A DNA stretch of 64,000 nt from Octopus vulgaris (GCA_951406725.2 OX597826.1:63302001-63366000); one strand, 5' to 3'; counted from the first letter of the stretch, positions 27,372 through 40,956 are shown. The notes: a model not told the origin generated them from the sequence alone. Made by a program: numbers and translations.

Positions 27372-27549
27372 ATTTACATATGTGTCTACGTGTGTGTGTG
27401 TTTATTCTCCTCACTGCTGCTTTGTTTACGTCCTCGCAGCCTAGCAGTTCGGTCAAAGTGTCGGACTCTGAAAAATAAGTACTGAAAAATAAGCTTGCGA
27501 ATAGCCTACCCTAGCGTAGCCGCAGTTCAGCGACTGAAACAAGTAAAAT

Positions 27550-27607
<58 letters not shown>

Positions 27608-28024
27608 TATTTATAAATATTCACTAACCAATCAAAGTTCATTGTACGACTGCTGCGGTTGCTGCTGGTTATTCTTTCTCTGCTGACTCTGCTGTTCCTG
27701 CTACTACTGCTATTACAGATTCTTACTACTGCCTTTACGACTTCTGTCTGCTGCTTTTCTACTGCAAACACTATTACTACCACTGCTGTCATCGCTGCAG
27801 CAGCACCAGCAGAGAGTCTCTACTGCTGCCTTTATTGTTTCTACTGCAAACTCCACTACTACTACTACTACTACTACTACCATACTACAACTGCCGCTGC
27901 TGCCACAACTTCTACAACTACTACTACTACTACTACTATGATGACGACTACTTCGACTACTATAGCTGCTGCTACTTCTGGTGGTGGTGATGTTCCTACT
28001 ACAGTTGTTTCTAGTGTCGATTTC

Positions 28025-28065
<41 letters not shown>

Positions 28066-28149
28066 GTTGCTGCTGATGATGATGATTATTCTACTACTGT
28101 TGTTTCTTATGCTGGCTTCCATAGCTCCTCATTTTATTTCTACTACAAC

Positions 28150-28212
<63 letters not shown>

Positions 28213-28269
28213 CAGCAGCAGCAGCAGTAGTATAACCATAATTACTATTACGATAACGATTGTTAACAC

Positions 28270-28483
28270 TGGTTTCAAATTTTGGCACAAAGCCAGCAAT
28301 ATCGGGGAAGACGTTAAGCCGATTACGTAGAACCCAATGATCAATAAGTACTTATTTTATCGACCCCGGAAGGATGAAAAGCAAAGCTGACCTCGGCGGA
28401 ACATGAGCTCAGAACATTACGATAGACAAAATGCCGCTAAGCATTTTCCCCGCGTGCTAACGATTCTGCCAGCTCGCCGCCTT
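28270..28483 (-). mobile_element. SINE group B, tail 1
   Basis: Reverse copy, head-to-head with the next copy. Confidence 0.85.
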
Positions 28484-28511
28484 AAGAGACAGTAATATTA
28501 TTAATAGTTGT

Positions 28512-28775
28512 AAGGCGGCGAGCTGGCAGAATCGTTAGCATGCCAGGTAAAATGCTAAGAGCATTTCGTTCGTCATTACGTTCTGAGTTCAAATGCCGTC
28601 GAGGTCGACTTTGCCTTTCATCTCTTTCGGGGTCGATAAAATAAATACCAGTTGTGCACTGGAGTCAATATAGTCGACTTAGCCCATTCCCCGAAATTTC
28701 TGGTCTCGTGCCAAAATGTGAAATCAATATTACTGCCGTTTCTCTGGTCTTGTGTCAAAATTTGAAACCAATATT
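28512..28775 (+). mobile_element. SINE group B, tail 1 duplicated
   Basis: Forward copy; the tail segment is repeated in tandem at 28697-28785. Confidence 0.85.
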
Positions 28776-28787
28776 ACTGTAGTTTCT

Positions 28788-28985
28788 TATTTCTTTACTG
28801 CCCACAAGGGGCTACACACAGAGGGGACAAACAATGACAGACAAACGGATTAAGTCGATTAGATTGACTCCAGTGCGTAACTGGTACTTATTTAATCGAC
28901 CCCGAAAGGATGAAAGGCAAAGTCGACCTCGGCAGAGTTTGAACTCAGAACGTAGCGGCTAACGTTTCTGCCAGCTCGCCGCCTG
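28788..28985 (-). mobile_element. SINE group B, tail 2
   Basis: TSD ATATTA(C/G)TGTAGTTTCT at 28771-28787 and 28986-29002. Confidence 0.88.
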
Positions 28986-29809
28986 ATATTAGTGTAGTTT
29001 CTGAATGCCGGCTACACTACTACTGTTGATGCAACTGGATTTGAACTGGATTCTTAATGGAATAAATTCCACAATGCGCTTCATCTAACACTGATTCCGC
29101 TCTAGTTCGCACGTAGTTGAGTCAGCGAAGGCTCAAACGCACGACCAAGAAAATCTACCAGTTCATATGCCCTCACACCAAACCCTGTGACTCACCCCAC
29201 CCTCTCAGCTTTAAATAGACACCTCTTATAGGGACAGATAGCTGTTATAAATAGAAACATTTTGGGAAGGCTTGCAAGAAGAGGATGGAAACTTGTAAAA
29301 ACGAACCCTGTGGTGATGTTTGAGCACTGTGTTTTCCATCCATCTTTTCACTCTGTCCACCATTCCATTTCTGAGAGAATCGTGGGGGTAGAGTCCTCAG
29401 GCACTTCCTTCATAGAGTCCTATCAGAGGCAACCATCATTCCTAAGTATGACTTTCTGAGGCTATGGATATTATCCACTTATCTTGTTCTTGGTCTACCC
29501 CTATCTCCTGCCGGTTGCCTCTGCTCGAAGAATCCGTTTTGCAATTCTTTCTTGCGATATTCTAATTACATTTTCGTGTAGAATCGGTTAGCTGATGTTT
29601 GCTAGACAAGATAATCTCCAACTTGCACTAAATGGGTTCGCCGCCGAGTGCTGCAAAGAAAGGATGAGAATTTAAGTGCCGAGTTTTAAACACATCAAAT
29701 AATGCTCCTTCCACCAAGAACTATAATTATCCATTAATGCATAAATTTTTTCCCAAAGATTCTATTGATTGACTGGTTATTATTTTTAGATAAATACCAC
29801 CAGTTTATT

Positions 29810-30309
29810 GGCGAGCTAGCAGAATCGTTAGCGCATCAGCGATATTTCTTCCGATTCTTTACGTTCTGGGTTCAAGTTTCGCCGAGGCTGACTTAATTTT
29901 CATTTTTTCGGAGTCAATAAAATAGGCACCAATTGAGCACTTGATTGATGTAATCGACTACTTCCTTCCCATCAAAACTACTGACATTGTGCCAAAATTT
30001 GAAACCACTATTTAAAACATAGACCTTTTATATACATTTTTACATTGTGCAATGGATCTATTCTATTCTATAATTGGGGCTTAAAGGTCCTATTATATTC
30101 CGACGAGGTATAAATCATCAGGACACTACCATTAAACGAGGGATTAGATAGGCCGTTAGAGCATCAAATAAAATGCCTTGCGGTATTTGTTCCAGTTGTC
30201 TACGCTCTAATTTTAAATCCAGCAAAGGGCAACTTTGTCTTTTATCCTTTTGGAATCAGATGGGAATAAACTACCATTCAAATACTGGAGTAGCATCTTA
30301 TCCTCCCCC

Positions 30310-30345
<36 letters not shown>

Positions 30346-31014
30346 CTGTCTGTCTTTCTCTCTCTCCTTTCACTCGGCAGTTTTATCGACCCCAGTACTT
30401 GACTGATACTTCATTTCATCGACCTCGAAGGGATAAAAAGCAATGTCGACCTCGCAGAATTTTAACTCTGAACGTAAAGAGCCAGAAGACATGCCTCTAA
30501 GCATTTTGTTCGACGCGCTAACCGTTCTGCCATTTCGCCTTCAAGTAATAATGGCTTCAAATGTCGGAACACGGCTAGCAATTTTGAAGGTAGGGTTTTG
30601 GTCGATATGATCGCCCCCAGTACTTTAGTCTTGTGCTTTATCTTATCGATTCCCGAAAAGATGAAAGGCAAAGTTGATCTCAGTGTGATTTGAACTCACA
30701 ACATATGAAACCGGAGTGAATGTTGCAAAGCATTTTCCGCTGCTCAAACGATTCTTTCAAAAGGGTCCTATTAAACTTCTGCCTACCACGCATAAAACAC
30801 CCTATTTTATTTCCGACTAATCATAAAGATTCGGTAATATTTCTGACAAGGCTACAGAAGCCTTGTAGTATTTCAGAGTACCAGGATGGGGCTAAGTCGA
30901 TTATATCGACCCCAGTACTTGACTACTACTTTAATTTCTCGAACCCGGAGGGATGAAAGGTAAAGTTAACATAGACTGACTTTGAATTCAGAATGTAAAG
31001 ACCAAGAACAAATG
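29810..31014. mobile_element. cluster of older SINE B copies (about 5, both strands)
   Basis: Degenerate cores near 29810(+), 30150(+), 30380(-), 30550(-) and 30880(-). Confidence 0.75.
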
Positions 31015-31617
31015 CCTATTTCTTTACTACCCACAAGGGGCTAAACACAGAGAGGACAAACAAGGACAGACAAACGGATTAAGACGATTATATCGACCCC
31101 AGTGCGTAACTGGTACTTATTTAATCGACCCCGTAAGGATAAAAGGCAAAGTCGATCTCGGCGGAATTTGAACTCAGAACGTAGCGGCAGACGAAATACC
31201 TATTTCTTTACTACCCACAAGGGGCCAAACACAGAGGGGACAAACAAGGACAGACAAACGGATTAAGTTGATTACATCGACCCCAGTGCGTAACTGGTAC
31301 TTAATTTATCGTCCCCGAAAGGATGAAAGGCAAAGTCGATCTCGACGGAATTTGAACTCAGAACGTAGCGACAGACGAAATACCTATTTCTTTACTACCC
31401 ACAGGGGGCCAAACACAGAGGGAACAAACAAGGACAGACAAACGGATTAAGTTGATTAGATCGACCCCAGTGCGTAACTGGTACTTAATTTATCGTCCCC
31501 GAAAGGATGAAAGGCAATGTCGAGCTCGGCGGAATTTGAACTCAGAACGTAACGGCAGACAAAATACGGCTACACATTTCGCCCGGCGTGCTAACGTTTC
31601 TGCCAGCTCGCCGCCTT
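31015..31617 (-). mobile_element. tandem trimer of SINE B tail 2, 184-bp period
   Basis: CCTATTTCTTTACTACCCAC at 31015, 31199 and 31383; a single head near 31617. Confidence 0.93.
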
Positions 31618-32220
31618 AACAGGATAGCTCATAATGAATGGGCACATTTTAAACGCAAGTGTCTAGGTCTGAAGCGAACACATGGGAAATTGCAAGCATT
31701 TCTGTATGCCCTCTGTGAGTCATTGTATTTCTAGCGTTTTATGCACAGCATTTCCATCATTTGAGGGAATTAGAGAAAGAAATAATATTACGACGCTTAT
31801 GGCTTTCCAAAAAGCATTGACATTATAAATGAAATAAACTGGTATCTAACAAGAATCGAAACCTGTTCCTGGCCTCGACTTTTCCTGAGCGTATCTTCAG
31901 TAGCAACACCATTCGACACAATAAATATTGATTTGTTGCATTATAGCTCAAACAAACATAATTTAAATGAGGAGCAGGAGCACTAGTGAATTCAATCTAT
32001 CTCAATACCAAAGCTAGTTCTTAAGTTATCGATCTTCAGAGGGATGAAACACAAAATTGACTCTGATGGCATTTGAACTCAGATCATAGGCCGTGAGGTT
32101 ACGACGTTCATTTTGCAACCACATGGTTCTGGCTTTCTCCCCAACTCCGCTGCCATTTGGACATGTGCCTTTTGTTATAGTTTTCGGCTGACCAACATTT
32201 CCTAATAATACTCATTGCGC

Positions 32221-32308
<88 letters not shown>

Positions 32309-32367
32309 GTGTGTGTGTGTGTGTTTTAGGAACAGTGGATCTCGAAACACATGAAGCTATAAATAAC

Positions 32368-32577
32368 GATTTCAAATTTTGGCACAAGAACAGTGATTTC
32401 GAGTGAGGGGGTAAGTCGATTACATCAACCCCAGTGTTCAACTGGTACTTGATTTTATCGACCCCGAAAAGATGAAAAGCAAAGCTGATCTCGGTGGAAT
32501 TTGAACTCAGAACGTAAAGACGGGGGAAATGTCCCTACGCATTTTTTCCCGGTATTCCAACGACTCTTCAAGCTCGT
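32368..32577 (-). mobile_element. SINE group B, tail 1
   Basis: Reverse copy. Confidence 0.8.
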
Positions 32578-32594
32578 TGACGTATCAAAAAAAG

Positions 32595-32812
32595 AGTAAG
32601 GGTCCTTCCCGAGTCATATAGACTCATAGGGCGGCTTTCTCGGTTTCCGTGGCGCATATATTCCCCACTGGACGGGACGTCGGTCTGTCGCAGCATTACT
32701 CTTTTTTGCCAGCGAAATGAACTGCAGCAACGTTAAATGAAGTGTTTTGCTTACGAGCACAATCTTACGATCACGAGTGCAACGACCTAACAAATAGACC
32801 GCGCGCCTCCAC
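32595..32812 (-). mobile_element. SINE group A2 (CORE-like body, tail gamma)
   Basis: Matches 42244-42504. Confidence 0.75.
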
Positions 32813-33020
32813 ACGTTAAGCTATAAATGATAACATGTAAGTATTATCTACGTGAGATGTGGGTTCGCATCCCACGGGCAGCCTTCGACATTTTCTGTCC
32901 AAAACGGTTTTTCATCCCAATTTTGTATCCACCTCCCAAACTCCTTCCCAGAATGTCAACCCTCTCGAATTCTCGACATGTAAGTGATTTGTCATACTAT
33001 CGTCAAACTGTAGTATTTCA

Positions 33021-33104
<84 letters not shown>

Positions 33105-34043
33105 ATCTCAGTTATAAAACTTAGAAAATTGCTATTTAATAAAGTACTTAATACAGTTTAATATGCAGAGTTAATTATTTACTATTTGAGTGAGAGTATT
33201 ATCTGCGTCGATCCATCGGTTTCGGGGGGGGAAATAGCGAAATGATATCATGACGTTCATGCCTGCCTTTCCAAAAAGCATTAATATCATATTCGAAATA
33301 AACTAACATCTAACGAGAATCGAAACCGGGGCTTGAGCTTAATTCGCCAGGAGCGTAATTTCTACAGCAAGACCATTCGACACAATAAATATCGATTTGT
33401 TGCATTATGGAAGAAAAAAATATGATTTAATTTAGAAATGGAGAGTATTAGACAATTCGATCGATCCCAGTAGTACACAGTTCTTAACTTTTGATGAACG
33501 CTAAGCTGACATTGATGTCATTGGTCTTGGAGTACATGCAAAGACAATGGGCATTGTTCCTTCCGCCAAACCAAAACATTAACAAAACGTAATAATCAAT
33601 AAGTAATGGTGATTAAATCAACGATAGTGTTCTTCCAAAAGGTATGAATGATAGAGTATTGAGTTTATGAATTATTATTAACAAAAATAATTATGAATTG
33701 ATTGGTGTTTTGATTTAGAAATTAGTTATTGATTTTTTTTTTCCTACACTGGCAGAGAGCCATTAATTTGTAGAAACGGGTTTAGTTTAAATTTAATTCC
33801 GTCCCCGCTACAAGGCGCATAAAACTTTTTACGCCTTTTAGCCAACCTGTTCCTCGCTGTGCTGTTGCTTTGGCCGTTTTCCAACTCATCAATGTGCTAC
33901 CACATTTATATTCAGCCGCTGGCCTTCTTTGTCATTCTACTTTCCCGCTTACTCTTTGCCCTTCTGCCGACAGGTTAATAGCATTCAAACGAACGAGAAT
34001 TATGTGTCCCCCAGCACCGCCCCACCTCCCACTGAACCAAAAG

Positions 34044-34791
34044 CATCACTGGTCCATTGCACAGAGCTTCTACGGAAAAGCTTTTACAGAAAATAATTTT
34101 TTATGATATACTACAAAACAGCAAGACACTCAAATGTTTTATAGTGCTACCACTGATTACAAACAAAGCGTTTCAACAGTCAGAGAGCGCTTTTGTCTCT
34201 ATATCTGCAATGCAAGAATTAGCAGCCACAACTCTTTTGGATCACACCCATACATCTTAAAAATATATATTAGAGAATGTAATCCTAGATACAATGTCTG
34301 GGAAAAACATCGCTGGTCCATTGCAAAGAGCTTCTACAGAAAATAAATTTTAATGATATACTACAAAGCAAAACACTCAACAGTTTTATAGTGCTACCAC
34401 TGATTACAAACAAAACGTTTCAACAGTCAGAGAGCGCTTTTGTCTCTATATCTGCAAGAATTAGCAGCCACAACTCTTTCGGATCACACCCATGCATCTT
34501 AAAAATATACATTAGAGAATGTAATCCTAGATACAATGTCTGGGAAAAACATCGCTGGTCCATTGCACAGAGCTTCTACAGAAAAGAAATTTTAATGATA
34601 TACTACAAAGCAAAACACTCAACAGTTTTATAGTGCTACTACTGATTACAAACAAAACGTTTCAACAGTCAGAGAGCGCTTTTGTCTCTATATCTGCAAG
34701 AATTAGCAGCCACAACTCTTTCGGATCACACCCATACATCTTTAAAATATACATTAGAGAATGTAATCCTAGATACAATGTCTGGGAAAAA
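34044..34791. repeat. 242-bp tandem repeat, 3 units
   Basis: CATC(A/G)CTGGTCCATTGCA at 34044, 34308 and 34550; units are nearly identical. Confidence 0.95.
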
Positions 34792-35001
34792 GTGAAATGG
34801 AATAGCCATGGCTAGATTGGCTTTGATCATAGGTCTGTTTGGCCTGTATTGATCTGGATCTAAACAAGATATTTAGTTATTTGGACTTGACCAATATATC
34901 TACACCTCTACAATGATGTCATTTTAGATAGATTTAGAAAAAATTTCAAGCTACACTTAAAGGACTAGATCCAACAATTACGGTCGACTTTTTTCACTGG
35001 T

Positions 35002-35319
35002 ATCCTGTGGATTACGATGACGAGGGTTCCGTTGATCGGATCAATAGAACACCCCGCTCGTGAAATTAACGCGCAAGTGACTGAGTACTCCACAGACACG
35101 CGTCACCTTAACGTAGTTCTCGGGGATATTCAGCGTCACACAGAATGTGACAAGTCTGGCCCTTCGGAATACAGGAAATACTCATGTCTGTTACCTGAGT
35201 GAACTGCAACAATGTGAAATGAAGTGTCTTGCTCAAGGACATAACGTACCACACGGTATCGAATTTACTACCTTACGATTGTGAGCAGATTACCCTAACC
35301 ACTTAGCCATATGCCTTCA
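35002..35319 (-). mobile_element. SINE group A2 (CORE-like body, tail beta)
   Basis: tRNA head, GTCCTTGAGCAAGACACTTCATTTCAC body, and a tail homologous to 48590-48760. Confidence 0.8.
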
Positions 35320-35324
35320 TGACC

Positions 35325-35460
35325 GATACTAATATTAATGCCGTTAACTTTCTGGACACCATTTTAAATTTAAGTACTAACAAATAATTACTTTCTAAGA
35401 AACAATATGAAAATTTACCGAGCATCATCAAAAATGTAAACAAACAATTCTAAAACAATG
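35325..35460 (+). pseudogene. Penelope-like RT remnant
   Basis: NINAVNFLDTILNLST...PSIIKN resembles the PLE motif VNFLDVTLNL...HP..IIKN. Confidence 0.5.
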
Positions 35461-35479
35461 CTTCTGACATTAGTATGTT

Positions 35480-35970
35480 TCTAATATTCTTATCTGAGAG
35501 TGTCTTGTATCTCTATAAAGCCACCATTCGACCTTGCATTGACTATTGCTGTCATCTTTAGGCTAGGGTCTCCTCTGAATGCTTTAACTTGCTTGATCGA
35601 ATTCATAATTGACTTCTTTAGCATGATAGGTTCTCTTTTTTCCTACTAGGGTGGAGTTTTGTGCTCATCATCGAAATGTACCTTCGTTGTGTCTATTCTA
35701 TATGTATTTCTATCGTCATTGCTCTGATGAACTTTCTGGTCGAGAACCTCTGTCAAAACCTTTAAACGTGTCACCTGCTTCTCTTCCCAGGCACATCATT
35801 TTTTCCTGTTGAGCTTCCCGTTAGTCATAAGTCCTTTTTATTCTAATAGCTTCTGTCCTCTAATTGCTGCTCTCTAGATCTCACTAGCATTGTCTTGCTT
35901 TTCTCTGATCAACGATATTCAGTCCTTTACGCTTTCTGTCAATCGACATCTTTTGAATTTGTAAGCCACT
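35480..35970 (+). pseudogene. CR1/L2-group LINE RT C-terminal relic
   Basis: LYLYKATIRPCIDYCCHL..LLDRIH..HHRNVPSLCLFY.YF..HCSDEL, with stops. Confidence 0.75.
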
Positions 35971-36504
35971 TCATTTGTTTCTTTTTTTATTCCTTTACAC
36001 TACAGTGGTCTCAAGCTTTATTTGGGACAAAATCGATAATGAAAAGAAAAGGAAATATATGAAGCATTTATCTTCTGACAGGCCCTCGTTTAGTAGTAGC
36101 GTGCAGCATTATAATGAATGCAGAGTTATATGATAGTAATTGTACTGACAAAATTCAATACATACACGATAATATTAGTGTCGTAAATCGTAACAATAGG
36201 AAACAGGAATTTCTATGGATTAACTCACTCTTTGTTTAATTATACGTTCTCAGATCGCTACAAACATTTCAAATTCAATATCTTTGTAGAGTTTTCCACT
36301 AAGCCACAAACATCGTTAGCTCTTTTAGGAAACACAATTCAATGGAGCCTGCTGTTATACAATTAACGCTGTAGCTTTTATCACGAAATTCAACAGCGGA
36401 ATCATATCCCACACAAATAAAACATACCCTCTTTGTACTTGTTACTTTAATACAGCAAGCGCTTGTACGCTTTACTGAAAATGACGTGCACATATACATA
36501 CACA

Positions 36505-36592
<88 letters not shown>

Positions 36593-36991
36593 CACACACA
36601 TATATATACTGATAGAGAGAGAGAAGGGCAGAGAAACAGAGAGAGACAGACAGAAAGAAAGAAAGATACGTACGTATATATGTATATATGTGTGTACGTG
36701 TGTATGTGTGTATGTGCGTTGTATTTCGTTCTATATACATGTACATCTCTTGGATACATTGTCAGTTTTGTATCCTGAAGACAGAGTGATTCGATTCTTA
36801 CAACATATACTCTCATCGATCGATGCTTTTCCTGCTTTTTATTTTATTTATTTATTTTTTTTTTTAGTTTTTACTTTTCGGTTGCTCTCCCTCCTTAACA
36901 AAGTTTATCTTTCTGGCTGTAGTGTGGGCATTTCCACTATCATAACCTCCTTGCTGATGGCCTCAGCAATGATGTTAAGTATTCGAGTGTA

Positions 36992-37382
36992 TCTCTCTCT
37001 ATATAAACGGCAGTTTGTCTGTCTGTGTGTCTGTGTGTCTGTCAGGTTGTACCCTCACCCTGACCACGGCTTTCAACCGATTCTGATGAAACTTGACACA
37101 CACATAGCCCAATGTCATAATTCAAAACTAACGCAGCGAAAATTTGGAAAAGTTCCCCCAGTTCTGAAAAAAATCGATAAATTCGACATGGGGTCGAGAA
37201 TCAGAAACACAAACCACAGACTGTCTAGGGGACGCAACTCGACCTTTTTATCTCTCAAAAAAAAAAAAGAATTACCATCATTTTTTTTCCATTTTTTTTG
37301 CTATTTTTTGGCTATAACTCTCTAAAAATGCTTTATAGTTATTTCTCTTACAAACCCGAGCAACGCCGGGCGATACTGCTAG
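36992..37382 (+). mobile_element. non-autonomous Helitron
   Basis: A|TC start, subterminal hairpin CCCG-AGCAACGC-CGGG, CTAG|T end, no TSD. Confidence 0.88.
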
Positions 37383-38614
37383 TCTCCAATAATAGTGCTC
37401 CTCACCCTTGGAGAAGTTGCTTGGGATGTGTTCAAAAGTCTCTGCCTCAGATTACAAAGTACGTGTGGTTGTTTTTACTATGCCTCACGTAAACAGACTG
37501 GATGAGGTGGGGAGGACATCACAGATTCTGTGGATCAAGATCTTGATCCTCTGAGGATTTCATTTAAAGTTATACTACCAGGTTACAATCCCTTCCGCTC
37601 TACTTGCTCGTTTTTCTTTCATCGATTTTCACAAATCCTCCTGCTCCAACTTCCGCGTCTCCCCTCCTGCAATCCGCATCATATCAGGTTGTTGTTGCAC
37701 TTCCGAGTTCGGACCTATCCTGTACCAAACCGCAACAAATATCTTGCGCTTCAAAGTTCTTCTCCACGGCCTGTTGGACTTCATCGGTTTCCTACCTCTT
37801 CCTCTATTGTCGCTGAAGTTCCCTGCACCAGACACTTTGATGACATTTAAACCGGTGTTCTGTAGATGTCCTTGTGCACGTATCACCGTGAATTTTTCCT
37901 TGACAGAGCTAAACGAAAACTTGAGCTTCTTGCTGCTTCTGTGTAGCCCAATATTGCTCAATATACGTGATAAATCCAGTCCTCTGTGAAGACGGCTGCT
38001 CACTTTACATTTTAAGCTCACCATTTTGACATAGATGTTCCATAGATGCACAGAGATCAGAGGATTCTTGGGAGGATCCTGTGCTGTTATGCCCAAGCCT
38101 TGAATATTCCTAGTAACACAGACTTTTCTACAGCTTCCAGCAGTCCGTCTAGGTATGCTCTAGTCGATACGATAATTGCAGTTGAAGACCTATCCAAGAC
38201 GCTTCACTAATTTTTCCAGGAACAGACAGGATATAGCCTTCTGCCTTCATCAAAACTATACACCGAGACTTTGAAAGTTTGAAATTCACTCGTGCCCATG
38301 ACACAAGCTTCTCTAGCACCTGGAGGATCCATACGGCTCTCTACATTGTTGTTGTTATCAACTTGAGGTTATCCTTGAAAGTTCTAATGGATGGTTTCTT
38401 TACTCATGTCCTGCTAAGGGGGCTCCAATAATTCTTTTTTTACTGTGACGATTAGCATATTTATTGTCAATGCAAAGAAGGACACCGGGATGCTGCCGCA
38501 TCAAATGGTTATCTCCACTTCAAATTGGTGCAAATAAGGGGCTTGGAAACCCTGAAGCTGAAGTGACTGTTGTAGTTCATGTTGATTTTTGGAATACTTT
38601 CTGAAATATATTGT

Positions 38615-38965
38615 ATCCTTAAATCCTTAAAAATGTTTTAGCCCGAAGGCCGCGGCCATGCTGGGGCACCACCGCTGAATGAGCTACACTAATATGTGAA
38701 TCCACCTCTGATACGTGGCACTTGGTCAACAAGGGAGTTCGATGCCGCTGTCCGCATCTGCGTCTCCTGTCGTGAGGTAGGTTCATCTGGGACTCCCGAC
38801 AAGAAGAGATCCAGTTTAGTTTTAAAGAAACCCACATCCACACCATGCAAGTCTCTCAGGCATTTAGGGAGGGTGTTAAAGAGCTGTGGTCCTCTGAAAC
38901 CCAAGGTGTTGCAGTATTTGGTCCTGTATTTTGATGATGATGTTGGAATCTTTGGCATCTCTACT
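38615..38965 (-). mobile_element. CR1-group LINE 3' end
   Basis: RGPQLFNTLPKCLRD..FKTKLDLFLSGVPDEP; short 3'UTR and (TTTAAGGA)n tail. Confidence 0.88.
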
Positions 38966-39033
38966 GTGACTTCAACCAGCTAATATAAGTGAATGTTTGT
39001 GTATGTTTATGTATGTGCATGTACATACATACA

Positions 39034-39111
<78 letters not shown>

Positions 39112-39767
39112 GAATTCACAAAAATACAAAAGACGAAGGCGGGTGTGTAAGCAACAAACAGATGTATTAGTTTAACGCTCGGGAAGTAAAGAAGGCTTTT
39201 ATGTTTCGACATGTATGTATGTATGTATGTATGTATGTATGCACACATATATTCATACATACACAACTTTAAAAAATAGTTGTATATATGGTGTTAATGC
39301 ATGCATACAGTGTATGTGTATATGTATATGTATATGTATACATATGTACATACATTTATATATATATATATATGTGCATACACACATACATACTGTATGC
39401 ATGCATTAACCCCAAAAATACAACTTTTTTTGAAGTCGTAATTCACAGAAGTGACGTCAAATAAATTAACAAATTACACACACACACACACCAAACACAT
39501 TCATACATACATATACACATGCATACACACATATACGCCATCTTTTCTCTTAGAAACTCATTTCACTCCGTGGCAGGAATAAACTACACCAGTTTTCTCT
39601 ATCAGGTTCAAACTTGATTGAGGACATAGAAATAAAAATAATTTATACTGGGGAATTCATATAATTCTGCATATCTGTACAATCACACACACACACACAC
39701 ACACACATACACGCACACATACACACACACATATATATATATACCTCTCTCTATATATATACATACC

Positions 39768-39998
39768 TATTTCTTTATTACCCACAAGGGGCTAAACACA
39801 GAGGGGACAAACAAGGACAGACATAGGTATTAAGTCGATTACATCGACCCCAGTGCGTAACTGGTACTTAATTTATCGACCCCGAAAGGATGAAAGGCAA
39901 AGTCGACCTCGGCGGAATTTGAACTCACAACGTAACGCAGACGAAATACCGCTAAGCATTTCGCCCGGCGTGCTAACGTTTCTGCCAGCTCGCCGCCT
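39768..39998 (-). mobile_element. SINE group B, tail 2
   Basis: Well-preserved copy with ATACATACCT on both flanks. Confidence 0.9.
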
Positions 39999-40319
39999 AT
40001 ATGTATATATATATATATATATACATACCTTTGCATTTTTACATATACCTCTGCATGTATATATATATATGCATCTCTTTGATATCTACATATCTACATA
40101 TATATCTCTTTCACTGACTATCTACGTAACTTTGTATATTTTTCCCGTCCCTCTATATCTACGAGGCGGTATCAAACGGTTCCCAGACTAGTTATATTGA
40201 GGAAAGAAAGCTTCGAATGACCCGTCTGTGTATTTTCTTGTCCCTTTTTTTGTATCATCTAGCTGTCTGGATGTTTTGCGTTCTTCTCCATTTTTTGTAT
40301 TCCTTCATATATATATAAT

Positions 40320-40419
<100 letters not shown>

Positions 40420-40821
40420 CATAAATGACAGAGAAACAATAAGAAAATTCTATCATGACAAATTGTTTCGTAACTTAAAAACATGTAAATAATTCATATT
40501 ATATTTAAAATTATATAAAATACTTATATGTCTGCAGCAATGCATTATGCAAAAATTTCTTCAAAGTAAGGCAGAATTTAAGCTACGTTCTCGGGTGAAA
40601 TAAAGTCTTTGTTAAATAGTAAATTTTCGATGTAACATGATATTAGAATTTTCTTTTTGTTAAATAAATTTTCATCAAACTATTTTTCTATCATTTATCA
40701 CTTTGTATATTCCTTATCGATTTCTCTTGTATTGATCTGTATATTCAATATTTTGTATAATGATACATTAAGGAGTTTTTTATATGAGTACTACAGGATT
40801 ACTTCAATCCATATATTGTGA

Positions 40822-40865
<44 letters not shown>

Positions 40866-40902
40866 GGGGTGTATGTATGTATAAATATGTTTCTGTGTGT
40901 AC

Positions 40903-40956
<54 letters not shown>

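Noticed and set aside
27659-28330. 223-aa hydrophobic ORF
   Set aside because: Built from CTA/CTG/TAG triplet repeats and ends in a SINE.
29390-29700. Possible RTE C-terminus (GRPRT motif, minus strand)
   Set aside because: Too degraded to support beyond one short motif.
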